Source: Candidatus Moraniibacteriota bacterium
Lineage (GTDB): Bacteria; Patescibacteriota; Minisyncoccia; Moranbacterales; GWC2-37-73
Direction: 5' to 3'
Length of the DNA stretch: 64,000 nt
Assembly: GCA_035390125.1 (NCBI GenBank)
Contig: DAOOTD010000002.1
Span: forward strand, 41,908 to 105,907
The first letter of the stretch is position 1; the number at the start of each line of letters is the position of its first letter. Positions 41,041-50,465 of this stretch are shown in pieces. Made by a program: the position numbers and the translations under genes. Under the pieces are notes generated by a model. The model had not been told where the DNA came from. It worked only from the letters and a program-made list of their open reading frames with translations, and ran no database searches.

Positions 41041-41113
41041 GCCGAAATAGCTCAGCGGTAGAGCGAAGGACTGAAAATCCTTGCGTCGGCAGTTCAACTC
41101 TGCCTTTCGGCAC
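41041..41113 (+). tRNA. tRNA-Phe (anticodon GAA)
   Basis: Anticodon stem-loop aagga-ctGAAaa-tcctt. T-arm ggcagttcaactctgcc. Confidence 0.85.
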
Positions 41114-41141
41114 ATTTTAAAAATCAAAGATTGAGCTAAGA

Positions 41142-41213
41142 GGGACCATAGCTCAGCGGTAGAGCAGGCGACTCATAATCGCTTGGTCATAGGTTCGAAT
41201 CCTATTGGTCCCA
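41142..41213 (+). tRNA. tRNA-Met (anticodon CAU)
   Basis: Anticodon stem-loop ggcga-ctCATaa-tcgct. Initiator versus elongator not resolved. Confidence 0.8.
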
Positions 41214-41228
41214 CAAGAATTTAAAAAT

Positions 41229-41300
41229 GCGGGTATCGTATAGTGGCTATTATACGTCCTTGCCAAGGATGAGACGGCAGTTCGATTCTGCTTACCCGCT
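41229..41300 (+). tRNA. tRNA-Gly (anticodon GCC)
   Basis: Anticodon stem-loop cgtcc-ttGCCaa-ggatg. The 3' end overlaps the stop of the recombinase gene. Confidence 0.85.
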
Positions 41301-42899
41301 CAGAAGTTCAAAAACGGCCTTAGATTGGGCTGTTTTTGTTTTATCTAAGGCAAAATTAGTCAGTTCTAACCTTGGACATTCTGCCTTTATGGTTTCCAAT
41401 CCTTTTTCAATGAGTTGGTATTGTTTTCTTAGTGTGATATCTAGCACGCCATCCTTGAGGGTGAAATCTGATCCCAAAGCCCGTAAAATGTTGGTTTTCT
41501 CGGTATAATCACCAACATTAAAATTATGTTTTGCATATACCGCAAACTTGAATGTTTTTTCGGTCAGTTCTAACCATTCATCGGCTCGCTGGTTTATGTC
41601 ATCTAAAGATTGTTGAATCTTGTCTTTTTCTTTCAGTAGGGTCGCTTTTCTTTCCTTGAATTCGTCATCGCCAATTAAATCCTTGTTGGCATTTTCGGGT
41701 GAGATGTAGATATCTAACAACTTATCAATCCTATCTTGGCATTTCTTCAATGCTTTTTGTTGGTTTTCAATCATTATGTTCCTATTATCAACTTCGAGTT
41801 CGTTATCTCGCCTTAAGATTTTCAAAGCATAATCCAAAAAACTTTTAGGTATAGTGATTTTATCCAACTTATCTGCAATCTGCTTGTTGATGTCGTTGTA
41901 GGTAATGGATTTTTGTTTGCAATTAACATTCAACTTCTTTCTAGTGCAGTTATGATAGATGAATGTTCGGACAACATTTTCGGTTTTTATATGCTTCAGT
42001 TTTAGTTGGGTAGTAATATGACATCCGCACTCACCGCAACGGATAGTTCCTCGATAGGGAAGAATTTTATGTTTTGTTTGTGGCTTAGTTTTATTTCCCA
42101 AAAGTCCTTGAACATAATCAAATTCAGCTTCGGTTATCATCGGTGTGTGATTTCCTTCATAAACCTTACCAGTCCATTCATATTTTCCACAATAAAAAGG
42201 ATTGGTAAAAATATCGTATCCATGGCTAGCGTGCAGTTTTATTTCTTGCCCCTTGCACATTCTTCGCAAACCCCATTCATTGTTGGCAATCTCGATAATT
42301 TTTGAAACAGAATAGTCGCCAGTTAACATCAAGTCCCACATCTTACGAACAATGGGGAATTTTACTTCATCTACAAAAATCTGTTTTTTACCTTGGTCTG
42401 TTCCTTTGTCATTTTTATATCCTATCGGTGCACGACCAGGTCTCCAGCCTTGCTCTGCCTTATTCAACAGTCCTCGTCGGACATCTTTTCCTAAATCAAT
42501 AACATATTGGTTCGCCATTCCAAATTCAACACTCATCATTATCACATTGTCTACGGTTTTGTATTCTCTGCCGACTGTTTGGATGGACTGGATGAGTCCT
42601 TGTTGAAGCAACCACATTATCTCACCACCATCAACGGGATTTCTTGCTAGACGATTTAACTTCCAGCATATAATTCCATCTGCCTTGCCTTGTTTAATAG
42701 CAGACAGCATTTTGTTGAATTGTTCCCGACCTGGCTTTTTCGCTGATTTGCTCTCTTGAAAAACACCGACAATTTTAACATCGAGATGGCGTGCTAATTT
42801 TTCCAGTTCTTTTTTCTGGCTTTCAATAGATTGCGTTTGACGATCTTCCGCTTCGGTACTTTTGCGAAGATACATCAGATATTTTTGTTTTGTTTCCAT
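41292..42899 (-). CDS. large serine recombinase (phage-integrase type)
   Basis: N-terminal resolvase catalytic domain (YLRKSTEAEDRQTQSIESQ with the nucleophilic Ser), recombinase domain, zinc-ribbon CGECGCH...C and a C-terminal coiled-coil. The stop overlaps the tRNA-Gly 3' end. Confidence 0.85.
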   Translation of the reverse strand: METKQKYLMYLRKSTEAEDRQTQSIESQKKELEKLARHLDVKIVGVFQESKSAKKPGREQFNKMLSAIKQGKADGIICWKLNRLARNPVDGGEIMWLLQQGLIQSIQTVGREYKTVDNVIMMSVEFGMANQYVIDLGKDVRRGLLNKAEQGWRPGRAPIGYKNDKGTDQGKKQIFVDEVKFPIVRKMWDLMLTGDYSVSKIIEIANNEWGLRRMCKGQEIKLHASHGYDIFTNPFYCGKYEWTGKVYEGNHTPMITEAEFDYVQGLLGNKTKPQTKHKILPYRGTIRCGECGCHITTQLKLKHIKTENVVRTFIYHNCTRKKLNVNCKQKSITYNDINKQIADKLDKITIPKSFLDYALKILRRDNELEVDNRNIMIENQQKALKKCQDRIDKLLDIYISPENANKDLIGDDEFKERKATLLKEKDKIQQSLDDINQRADEWLELTEKTFKFAVYAKHNFNVGDYTEKTNILRALGSDFTLKDGVLDITLRKQYQLIEKGLETIKAECPRLELTNFALDKTKTAQSKAVFELLSG

Positions 42900-42932
42900 A
42901 TTAGTGTGTACAGAATTTATGCCACGGATTGA

Positions 42933-43115
42933 TTATATTATGTTCTCTCTTCTTGTACATGGCTCAGAGTCGACCTTTCTGAGAGGTTTATATATATGTC
43001 TAATCATTTCAACCAAAGTTTCCGCACATTCCAAAGACTCCTCGGATGACAGTTTTTGTCCGAATTCTTTTTCATAAAGTGCTTGAAATTTTTTTGCGTC
43101 AGCCTTGGTTATCAT
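42933..43115 (-). CDS. small acidic protein upstream of the integrase (candidate directionality factor / regulator)
   Basis: 60 aa, co-directional and 33 nt from the integrase start. Palindromic operator-like sites lie upstream. Confidence 0.35.
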   Translation of the reverse strand: MITKADAKKFQALYEKEFGQKLSSEESLECAETLVEMIRHIYKPLRKVDSEPCTRRENII

Positions 43116-43221
43116 TTTAATTTAATAAAATAAGATAGATGAATAGGATATTTATAGATTTAGGATATGTATAGTTCCTCTTATTTAGAGGTATATATAG
43201 ACTAAAGTAAAAATTATAGTA

Positions 43222-43263
43222 TTTACTATAGTAAGGAGGAGAATTATCCTTACTATAGTAAGG
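43222..43263. promoter_or_regulatory. two tandem copies of the palindrome CCTTACTATAGTAAGG
   Basis: ttactatagtaagg-aggagaattat-ccttactatagtaagg, in the 150-bp gap upstream of the integrase operon. Confidence 0.5.
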
Positions 43264-43266
43264 TTA

Positions 43267-43575
43267 TTATTCTTCAACGATTTCAATACTGGCATAGTCA
43301 TAAGCGTCTAAAATAAATTTTCTGATTTTATTCCAAATCGCTTTTTCAAAAAGACAGAATTTGAATCCAGCTTTCTGTGGCATCGTGACATTTAATCCCT
43401 CAAACTTGCTTTTCCAAACACCAAAGCCAGTGACCGTAAAGTATTCTCCAGTTTCAAACTTGAAACTCACATTGGCGTTGGCAAGCAAGTTCTCGTGCTT
43501 TCCTTTAATCATGTTTATTTTTATCGACACTTCTTTAAGATGTAGGTCGAGCGGGTAGGTGGTAAATGGTTTCAT
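43267..43575 (-). CDS. hypothetical protein
   Basis: 102-aa ORF with no recognisable motif. Confidence 0.4.
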   Translation of the reverse strand: MKPFTTYPLDLHLKEVSIKINMIKGKHENLLANANVSFKFETGEYFTVTGFGVWKSKFEGLNVTMPQKAGFKFCLFEKAIWNKIRKFILDAYDYASIEIVEE

Positions 43576-43592
43576 AATTTTCGGTAATTTTG

Positions 43593-43808
43593 TTAAGATG
43601 GTTCAGTTTTATTTTTTTGTTTAGATTTTTCTGCCATTATTCTGTCGACAGACTCATTAAAATAACTCAACATATCAGAGGCAACTTTCCAAAAATCGTC
43701 ATCGTTAAAATTTGCATTAGGTATTAGTTTCATGTACTTTACAACAAATTCATCAAGGTCAGCCCATAAGTTTTCTTCAATTGACAGTTCTTCATTGATT
43801 GATTCCAT
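43593..43808 (-). CDS. hypothetical acidic small protein
   Basis: 71 aa. Tightly spaced with the 43267-43575 gene. Confidence 0.35.
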   Translation of the reverse strand: MESINEELSIEENLWADLDEFVVKYMKLIPNANFNDDDFWKVASDMLSYFNESVDRIMAEKSKQKNKTEPS

Positions 43809-44043
43809 AAAATTAAAATTTAATAATTAGACACACACCCCGATTTTTCAGTGGGAGAACGACATTTTGGGGAATTTTTCATAAAATATTCTTTAAATTA
43901 TTTTTTATTTTTTCATTATATTTAACCCACTATTTGATAAAGAATTAGTGGGTTGCTAGTGGTTTAAAAAAACAAAAAAAGACTTTTAATAAAGTCTTTT
44001 GATACAACTAAAGAAGTTTTAAGTTTAGGTATAAACCACTCTT

Positions 44044-44844
44044 TTACCTATAAGATAGCCATGCTTTATCGCTGTCAATTTTAAATTTAAATTTTTTATT
44101 AACATCATGTGCTGATAACAATCTCTGCAACTCTTTTATTGTTCCCTCAATTTTAAGTTTCTTGTAATTTTTTTTCAAATATTCATCAGCTTCATCCGAT
44201 GCATTTTTTTTGGTAAATCTCTTTATTTTTTCAAATAAATATTCCAAAGTTCGTGCTGTTCCAATAGGATTACAAAAAGATTTTAATAATTGATACTTGG
44301 CTGTTTCAGCGTTACCAACTTCAATATTTTTCTTATCAACCTTTAAATAACCGATCCCATTTTTTTCAAATGTGGCAACTTTTATTTTACTTGTTTTTTC
44401 CTTCAATTTTTCAATTTTATTGTTTCCTATTCGATAACTGGAATATTCTAATATTTTATTCAAGCTTTCTTTGAATTTACCAGCCTCGTTTTTATTTGCC
44501 TTAAACAATAATGGATGCGTGGATTTACAAATAATGTTAAATAGTATTTTCTTGTTTTTCTTGCATGAATAATAAAGCAATATATTATGAAGTAGTTTTT
44601 GTCTTGAGTTGAAATAATTTGTCTTTAAAGATTCAGCCATATAATTGAGTGTAGATATATGGCCATATAAATCTTTTTTTACACCGCATTCATTTAAAAA
44701 ATCGCCCATTTTTATGTGAGATTTTAAACTTTCTATGGCATTTATTTTTTTAGCAATAAGTTCCAATGACTGCTCATTTAATATACAGCCTTCTTTTTTA
44801 AGGGAGCTTACTGTTATTGCTAATTCAATTTCATTTTTAAACAT
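44044..44844 (-). CDS. hypothetical protein (Lys-rich)
   Basis: 266-aa ORF with no recognisable domain. Confidence 0.45.
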   Translation of the reverse strand: MFKNEIELAITVSSLKKEGCILNEQSLELIAKKINAIESLKSHIKMGDFLNECGVKKDLYGHISTLNYMAESLKTNYFNSRQKLLHNILLYYSCKKNKKILFNIICKSTHPLLFKANKNEAGKFKESLNKILEYSSYRIGNNKIEKLKEKTSKIKVATFEKNGIGYLKVDKKNIEVGNAETAKYQLLKSFCNPIGTARTLEYLFEKIKRFTKKNASDEADEYLKKNYKKLKIEGTIKELQRLLSAHDVNKKFKFKIDSDKAWLSYR

Positions 44845-44924
44845 ATATTTATTATTGATATTTTCTCACTAGATAGGCTTAAAAGCAAGATAAATGTTTA
44901 CTTTTAGCCATTTTTATATTACAT

Positions 44925-45078
44925 TGTAAGTGGTACCATACTCATATAGACACTGAGAGTAATCTCAGTAATTTTGCTTCATCACGCCTTTAAGCGGGCG
45001 GCTCGGCGCACATGATGGGGCATTTCGGTGTCTTTTGAGTGTGGTACCCGTCGGGTCGTCCACTCAAGCGGAACTTCT
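44925..45078 (+). ncRNA. GC-rich structured element; candidate ncRNA or cis-acting site
   Basis: A 13-bp long-range helix (GGTACCATACTCA at 44928 pairs with TGAGTGTGGTACC at 45035) encloses local hairpins. GC is about 50 percent versus about 28 percent around it. Ends at a strong terminator. Confidence 0.3.
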
Positions 45079-45112
45079 CGACGACTTAATTATTAAGTCG
45101 TTTTTTGTTTTT
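45079..45112 (+). terminator. rho-independent terminator
   Basis: acgacttaattattaagtcgt followed by T6. Confidence 0.75.
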
Positions 45113-45138
45113 AAAAAACAAATTACACAATAAAAAAT

Positions 45139-45489
45139 ATGGGTGTAATTGAATCAATCGGAGCTAACCGAGCAAGAATCATTTTCGATGATTTTTGTGT
45201 TAGATTATTTTTAAAATATAAAGGAAACTATTGCTCTGATGTTAGAATATGGAAATTATCAAAATCCAATATACTTTTTGGCATGTTTAATAGTAAAAAT
45301 TTATACTGGGCTGTTTGTGATGAGGCGGCCAATTCTTTACACGGTTGGTTTTATAAAGAAGGCGATCTACTTAAGTCATTGGCGCATAGAATAGAGCAAT
45401 GCTCTAATGAGAATGAACTGAAAAGATTGTGTCTTAATCTGGAAAATATAATTGAAAAAGGAATTCCATTAGATATAGGAGAATTTTAA
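45139..45489 (+). CDS. hypothetical protein
   Basis: 116-aa ORF, Cys-containing, no motif recognised. Confidence 0.45.
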   Translation: MGVIESIGANRARIIFDDFCVRLFLKYKGNYCSDVRIWKLSKSNILFGMFNSKNLYWAVCDEAANSLHGWFYKEGDLLKSLAHRIEQCSNENELKRLCLNLENIIEKGIPLDIGEF

Positions 45490-45490
45490 T

Positions 45491-45700
45491 ATGGAAAATA
45501 AAAAACATCGTCTCCAATCAAATTTCGAATTTATTGCTGAAACATCCTTGCGAGTAGTGCGAGCGTTTTCATATTTCTTTATGGTTGCGATACCCCTTTT
45601 GAATTATAAAGATCTGCGATTTTCAATTAAAACTATCTTGATTTGCTTGAGTTTGGTTTTTATTTCTAATAGACTACTTGGCAAAATTAGAAGCAAATAA
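45491..45700 (+). CDS. hypothetical small membrane protein
   Basis: 69 aa with one or two hydrophobic helices. Start is 2 nt after the previous stop. Confidence 0.35.
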   Translation: MENKKHRLQSNFEFIAETSLRVVRAFSYFFMVAIPLLNYKDLRFSIKTILICLSLVFISNRLLGKIRSK

Positions 45701-46130
45701 GGTTTTATCTAAAACGAATAATCGTGTTTGGTCGCGGATTCTAGCTATGCAAGATATAACAAAAAACGACCCTCTCTTTTTTGCGAAGGTCTTTTTTTAT
45801 TCCTCTTTTGTCACCAAAACACTCTCTTTTGGCTTTAAATAGCCAAAGATATAAAGTTATATGGCTGACCAGCCAAGACATCCTCTAGGGATGAAATAAA
45901 GCCTCCAGGGGCAGTGAGAGTGTCTCGCCAAATGGGCTTTTTGGCTAAAATAAGGCAAAGATTTCTTAATTAAACGATAAAAGGTTTTAAATAGCGGAAA
46001 TTATCGTGTTTGGTCGATTAATTTGTGTAGTATGATAACTGTTTAAAGAATTAATTATTATATAAGTTTATGGGTTAAAAAGCTATATATTGGCATAAGG
46101 CAATTTAAGTGATAAGCTAAAAATACAAAT

Positions 46131-47045
46131 ATGGCATTATTTAGCATACAAGGCGAGAAAACTAAAAAGATTTTATCTAAAAGCTTAGATTTAGAAAAAA
46201 AACTTCAAAAATTATTCGAGAATAATCTTGAAGACGTTTTGAATATCACTTTTTTAGCCCATGAATATTCCACAAGTTTTGGCGGAAGAATTGATACATT
46301 GGGAATAGATAAAAACGGATCTCCCGCAATAATAGAATATAAAAAGAACCAAAATGATAATGTAATTAATCAAGGACTCTCCTATTTGCGATGGCTTTTA
46401 GATCATAAGGCTGATTTTGAAATATTATGCAGAAATAATAAAGTTGCAGTTGAAATTGATTGGGATTCGCCAAGGGTTATCTGTATAGCAGAAAACTATA
46501 ATAAATTTGATATTGACACTGCGGATATTTTGCCTATAAATATTGAATTGCTAAGATATAGGATCTATGAAAACGATATTTTATCTCTAGACATAGAAAA
46601 TTATCAAAAAGTAAGAATTTCAACTTCTGGCATATTAAAGAAAGCAAGAAATCAAAAAGAGAAGCAGAATGTTCTTCAGAAAAATTATTTATTAGAAGAT
46701 CATCTGAAAAATGCGCAAAAGGAAATAAAATTACTTTTTTATAAGTTGCGAGAAAAGATCACAGCACTTGATGAAAATATTATTGAAGAGGCTAAGGCAA
46801 AGTATATCGCCTATAAAACTTCAACTAATTTTGTTGATATTGTGGTGCTTGGCAATAGTTTAAAAATATTTTTAAATGTGAAAAGTGGAAAACTTATTGA
46901 TAAAAATTCAATAGCCAGAGACTTAACTAAGCCAAAATCCGTTGGTCATTGGGGGAATGGTGATTATGAGGTAAAATTGCAAAGCGAAAATGATTTAGAA
47001 AAAGTTTTTGACCTAATAAAACAAAGTTATGGTTATAATAAATAA
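46131..47045 (+). CDS. PD-(D/E)xK nuclease-fold protein (NucS/DUF91-like core) with C-terminal extension
   Basis: GRIDTLGIDKNGSPAIIEYKKN...NVINQGLSYLRWL carries the D...D...ExK...Q..Y signature. Overlaps the downstream gene by 17 nt. Confidence 0.6.
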   Translation: MALFSIQGEKTKKILSKSLDLEKKLQKLFENNLEDVLNITFLAHEYSTSFGGRIDTLGIDKNGSPAIIEYKKNQNDNVINQGLSYLRWLLDHKADFEILCRNNKVAVEIDWDSPRVICIAENYNKFDIDTADILPINIELLRYRIYENDILSLDIENYQKVRISTSGILKKARNQKEKQNVLQKNYLLEDHLKNAQKEIKLLFYKLREKITALDENIIEEAKAKYIAYKTSTNFVDIVVLGNSLKIFLNVKSGKLIDKNSIARDLTKPKSVGHWGNGDYEVKLQSENDLEKVFDLIKQSYGYNK

Positions 47046-48348
47046 AACTATGTACCAAGTAAAAATACCTAAGATATTATTTTTAGCACTAGGGACAGCA
47101 AGATTTTATTATAAAGGTTATTATAATACAAATGATCTCGCTGGAATTGCAAATAAATATGCCGAACATCTCGTTCGTTTAAGATCAGACAAAAAAGATT
47201 ATAAGTATTTGGATGATACTAATTTTGGTGGATTAAGAGGAAATTTTTCAACACTTCTTACGTGGAAAGGGTTTGTTAAAAGGGGAAATGCCATAGTAAG
47301 TAGATATTATATTGGCAGGGATAAAAGATTGGCTAATGCAGTATGTAATGGTGAAATTATACTAAATGAGAGTAATATGACTGCGTATACTACAAATGAA
47401 AAATTAAAAGAACTTTTAGAATTAGAAGCATGGCTTTTCACCGTAAAGGAAACACAGGCACATATAAAAGTTATGTTAGGAAAAGATAAGAGCATACCTC
47501 TTTCTAGAGATAACGATAATTTCAAAAAAGTATCTGTCGTAAGGAGTGCAAATGGTCAATATTTTATAAGATCGTTAGTTAACAATTTTATTGATTCAAA
47601 AAATAAAGTTCTGGAGTACAGTATAGTTAATTTTTGGGAAGGAAAAAAGTTAAAGAAGAAAAATCTTCATCCATTAATAGTTATTCCTACGAAAGATACT
47701 CCTTGGAGTAAAATATTTGCAATAAAAATGGAAGATTTGATTGATAATAAACCTTTGACATTATTGGTTGATTTAGAAAAAGAAATTTGTTTTGATACGG
47801 ACAATAATAAATACAAGCTATATTCTCTAAGGGAAGCCGTTGACGAATTTACAACTGGAGATGAAAATATACCTCAAAGGCTTTCATATTCCTGGGAAAA
47901 AATAAAAGAGGCTCACTGTGATAAAGAAGCTGATTTTTCTGAAATCAAAGAAGATGAATTTATAATTTTTCTAGAGAAATTCCTCAAGTGGCAAAAAGAA
48001 TTTGAAGTTGGAGAAAAGAAAGTTGTGGGTGTAAATGTATCGAGCTCTGGTGGTCCCGATGTTCACTTAACATTTTCGGGTGGCACAGCCCAAAAATTAG
48101 AACTTGAACATAACTGGAAAAGCTACTTAGATCACAGGCATCACGAAAGTAATGCATGGGTAGATACATGGCTTTTTGCAGAAGAAGAATGGAATCCTAA
48201 AAGAATATTAAGTTTATACAAGACACATAGAAAAACCAATGGTCAAAGAATTCCTAATGTATTTTTATGTTTAGAAAGAGGAGAACGCAAGTGCTATGAA
48301 GCAAATTGGGATGAAGAAACATTTACAGAAATACCTTTAAAATTTTAG
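47029..48348 (+). CDS. hypothetical 439-aa protein, candidate second endonuclease subunit / specificity partner
   Basis: No family recognised. Possible D...ExK-like patch (PTKD...LLVDLEKE). Start overlaps the PD-(D/E)xK gene and the 3' end overlaps the convergent methyltransferase by 12 nt. Confidence 0.45.
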   Translation: MVIINKTMYQVKIPKILFLALGTARFYYKGYYNTNDLAGIANKYAEHLVRLRSDKKDYKYLDDTNFGGLRGNFSTLLTWKGFVKRGNAIVSRYYIGRDKRLANAVCNGEIILNESNMTAYTTNEKLKELLELEAWLFTVKETQAHIKVMLGKDKSIPLSRDNDNFKKVSVVRSANGQYFIRSLVNNFIDSKNKVLEYSIVNFWEGKKLKKKNLHPLIVIPTKDTPWSKIFAIKMEDLIDNKPLTLLVDLEKEICFDTDNNKYKLYSLREAVDEFTTGDENIPQRLSYSWEKIKEAHCDKEADFSEIKEDEFIIFLEKFLKWQKEFEVGEKKVVGVNVSSSGGPDVHLTFSGGTAQKLELEHNWKSYLDHRHHESNAWVDTWLFAEEEWNPKRILSLYKTHRKTNGQRIPNVFLCLERGERKCYEANWDEETFTEIPLKF

Positions 48349-49128
48349 TTTACTTAATTGATTTTTATTTTTTAACACAACTATTTTCGAGGTTGTGTTA
48401 TTTTTTTTCGCTCGATTTTTCATTATTTCAAAATATTCATTGTCATTCTCTATACTTATACTGTTCCTTTTTAATTGATCCGCTGAAGATTGAAGCGTTC
48501 CACTGCCGGCAAAACAATCTAAAACCCAGTCATTTTCATTAGTAAATATTTTTAGTAAGTGCTCTAAAACCTTGGCTGGTTTTTGAGTGGGATGTTTCGT
48601 TCTTTCATTGCCCATGCATATCGGAGTTTCTACAAAATCAGCCTTGATGTGATTATGCATTTCATTTTGCTTTGTAAAATTGAAAGTATAATCTATTTTT
48701 TTTTCATTAAATCCTTTCGTTGCCCATAAAATTGCCTCACATGAAGATAAAAAACCTGTTTTTCTAATTTGGGGGGCTGGATTAGTTTTGTGCCAAATAA
48801 TAGTAGCATGGTGTTTAAAATCATGCTTTTCATATATTCTTTTTATATCACTAATATATTCTAATTTGCTAAAAATTAACAAATTTCCAGATTCTTTAAC
48901 TTTATTTTTTGTATTCTTTATCCATTTATCAGTAAATAATAGATATTCATCATCAGAAAAATAATCCCACTTTCCAAAATCTGATGATCTAGCCTTTCTT
49001 CCTTTTAATATCTTGGTATTTTTATTAGCAGTATTGTAAGGAGGATCAACAATTACGGCATCGAATTTTTTATTGATTTTTGGCAAAATATCCAAAGCAT
49101 CTCCGAATATTAAATAATGTGAATTCAT
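48337..49128 (-). CDS. DNA methyltransferase, beta-class amino-MTase (N6A or N4C)
   Basis: Motif IV DPPY (AVIVDPPYNT) precedes motif I FxGxG (LDCFAGSGTL). Confidence 0.85.
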   Translation of the reverse strand: MNSHYLIFGDALDILPKINKKFDAVIVDPPYNTANKNTKILKGRKARSSDFGKWDYFSDDEYLLFTDKWIKNTKNKVKESGNLLIFSKLEYISDIKRIYEKHDFKHHATIIWHKTNPAPQIRKTGFLSSCEAILWATKGFNEKKIDYTFNFTKQNEMHNHIKADFVETPICMGNERTKHPTQKPAKVLEHLLKIFTNENDWVLDCFAGSGTLQSSADQLKRNSISIENDNEYFEIMKNRAKKNNTTSKIVVLKNKNQLSKLKF

Positions 49129-49133
49129 AAAGT

Positions 49134-49898
49134 TTATTTTTTTAGTCGTTTAAGTGAATCAATATAATAACCCTTGTCAACTTCAGAACCTATAAAATTT
49201 CTTTTTAATCTTTTCGCCACAACCGCAGTAGTCCCTGAACCCATAAAAGGATCGAATATAATATCATTTTCATTTGAAGTTGCTAGTATTATTTTCTCTA
49301 AAAGCCATTCTGGTTTTTGTGTAGGATGTATTTTTTTTCCTCCCGCAGTTTTTCCTCTTGTCAAAACAGCTTCTCCATACCACATGCACCTCATTTGCTT
49401 TCCGTGATTAATCTTTTTCATCTCACCATAATTAAATGTATTTTTTTTAGTTTTTCTTGCCCATATGAAATTTTCATGATCAGCTACAAATCTCGTACAA
49501 GACAAATTTGGTGTAGCATCAGATTTGTGCCATATTATTTCATTTAAAGGCTCAAGCCCTATTTTTTTTAATAAGTATCCTGTTAAATAAATATTATGAT
49601 AAGTTCCTGCAACCCATATTGCTCCTTCATTTTTTAATATTCTATAACATTCTTGTAGCCATTTCTTTGTAAATTCTTCGAATTCAATATCTCCAAAATT
49701 ATCCCAATGCCCTTTATTTGTGCTTAAATCAGAACCGCCAGATTTTATGAATTTTATCTTAAAATTGCTTTTGCTTAGGTTATAGGGAGGATCTGCAAAT
49801 ATCAAGTCAATAGAGTTGCTTTTAATTTTTTTCATTAATTTTAAGCAATCTTCATTGTAGATTTTATTTATTTTCAGTTTTTTATCTGTAAAAATCAT
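49134..49898 (-). CDS. DNA methyltransferase, beta-class amino-MTase (N6A or N4C), second copy
   Basis: IFADPPYNL then FDPFMGSGTTAVVA. Lies 5 nt upstream of the other MTase. Confidence 0.85.
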   Translation of the reverse strand: MIFTDKKLKINKIYNEDCLKLMKKIKSNSIDLIFADPPYNLSKSNFKIKFIKSGGSDLSTNKGHWDNFGDIEFEEFTKKWLQECYRILKNEGAIWVAGTYHNIYLTGYLLKKIGLEPLNEIIWHKSDATPNLSCTRFVADHENFIWARKTKKNTFNYGEMKKINHGKQMRCMWYGEAVLTRGKTAGGKKIHPTQKPEWLLEKIILATSNENDIIFDPFMGSGTTAVVAKRLKRNFIGSEVDKGYYIDSLKRLKK

Positions 49899-50198
49899 CC
49901 TTATTTTTTAATTTATAGATTATAGGTTAATTATAACCTTAAAAGAGAGAAAAATACACCCCCAGGGCAATTTATTAAAAATATGCGAATTCTGTGTTTA
50001 AAATGTACCTAAATTGCTTTGACAAAGCACTTATTCCATGCTATAGTTTTTTCTAAAGACGAGGCATAGCTTTAAAGCTTTTAGGTATATCTCGATCGCT
50101 CTTATCTGAGTAGCGGCATTGGAACGGGCCGTGAAGAACGGTATAAGAAGAAAGTGGTCGAGCCTTCTTGTGTAATTAAGACATAATAAGAGAGCCAT

Positions 50199-50408
50199 AT
50201 GCCAAAGAAGCAAGATGCTTCTGGTATGCGAGGATATCGAACTCGAAACGAAGATGGAGAATTGCGCGATAAGCGTGATGATACCCACATTGGGACCATT
50301 GAGAAGCAGTACGATATAGATCTCGAAGTCAGAAGTGATATGCACTTAGGAACATATCTTAAGGAGCATAAAATAAAATCCCTTAACGACCTAATTAATG
50401 GTCAATAA
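50199..50408 (+). CDS. hypothetical small charged protein
   Basis: 69-aa ORF after a GC-rich leader. Flanked by a 14-bp inverted repeat (50059 / 50426). Confidence 0.3.
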   Translation: MPKKQDASGMRGYRTRNEDGELRDKRDDTHIGTIEKQYDIDLEVRSDMHLGTYLKEHKIKSLNDLINGQ

Positions 50409-50465
50409 GAGATTTTAGAACAAGAAGCTATTGCCTCGTCTTTATTTTACCATAAAATAGAGCAA

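Noticed and set aside
41227-41508. Plus-strand ORF 41227-41508.
   Set aside because: It starts inside tRNA-Gly and runs antisense through the 3' end of the serine recombinase gene, so it is spurious.
44925-45112. Retron msr/msd interpretation of the 13-bp inverted long-range pairing.
   Set aside because: No reverse transcriptase (no YxDD protein) is encoded anywhere nearby. The downstream gene is a 116-aa unknown.
50031-50345. Minus-strand ORFs 50031-50345 and 50102-50299.
   Set aside because: They overlap the GC-rich leader and the plus-strand small ORF. The translations are Arg/Ser-rich low-complexity sequences typical of a GC-rich antisense frame.
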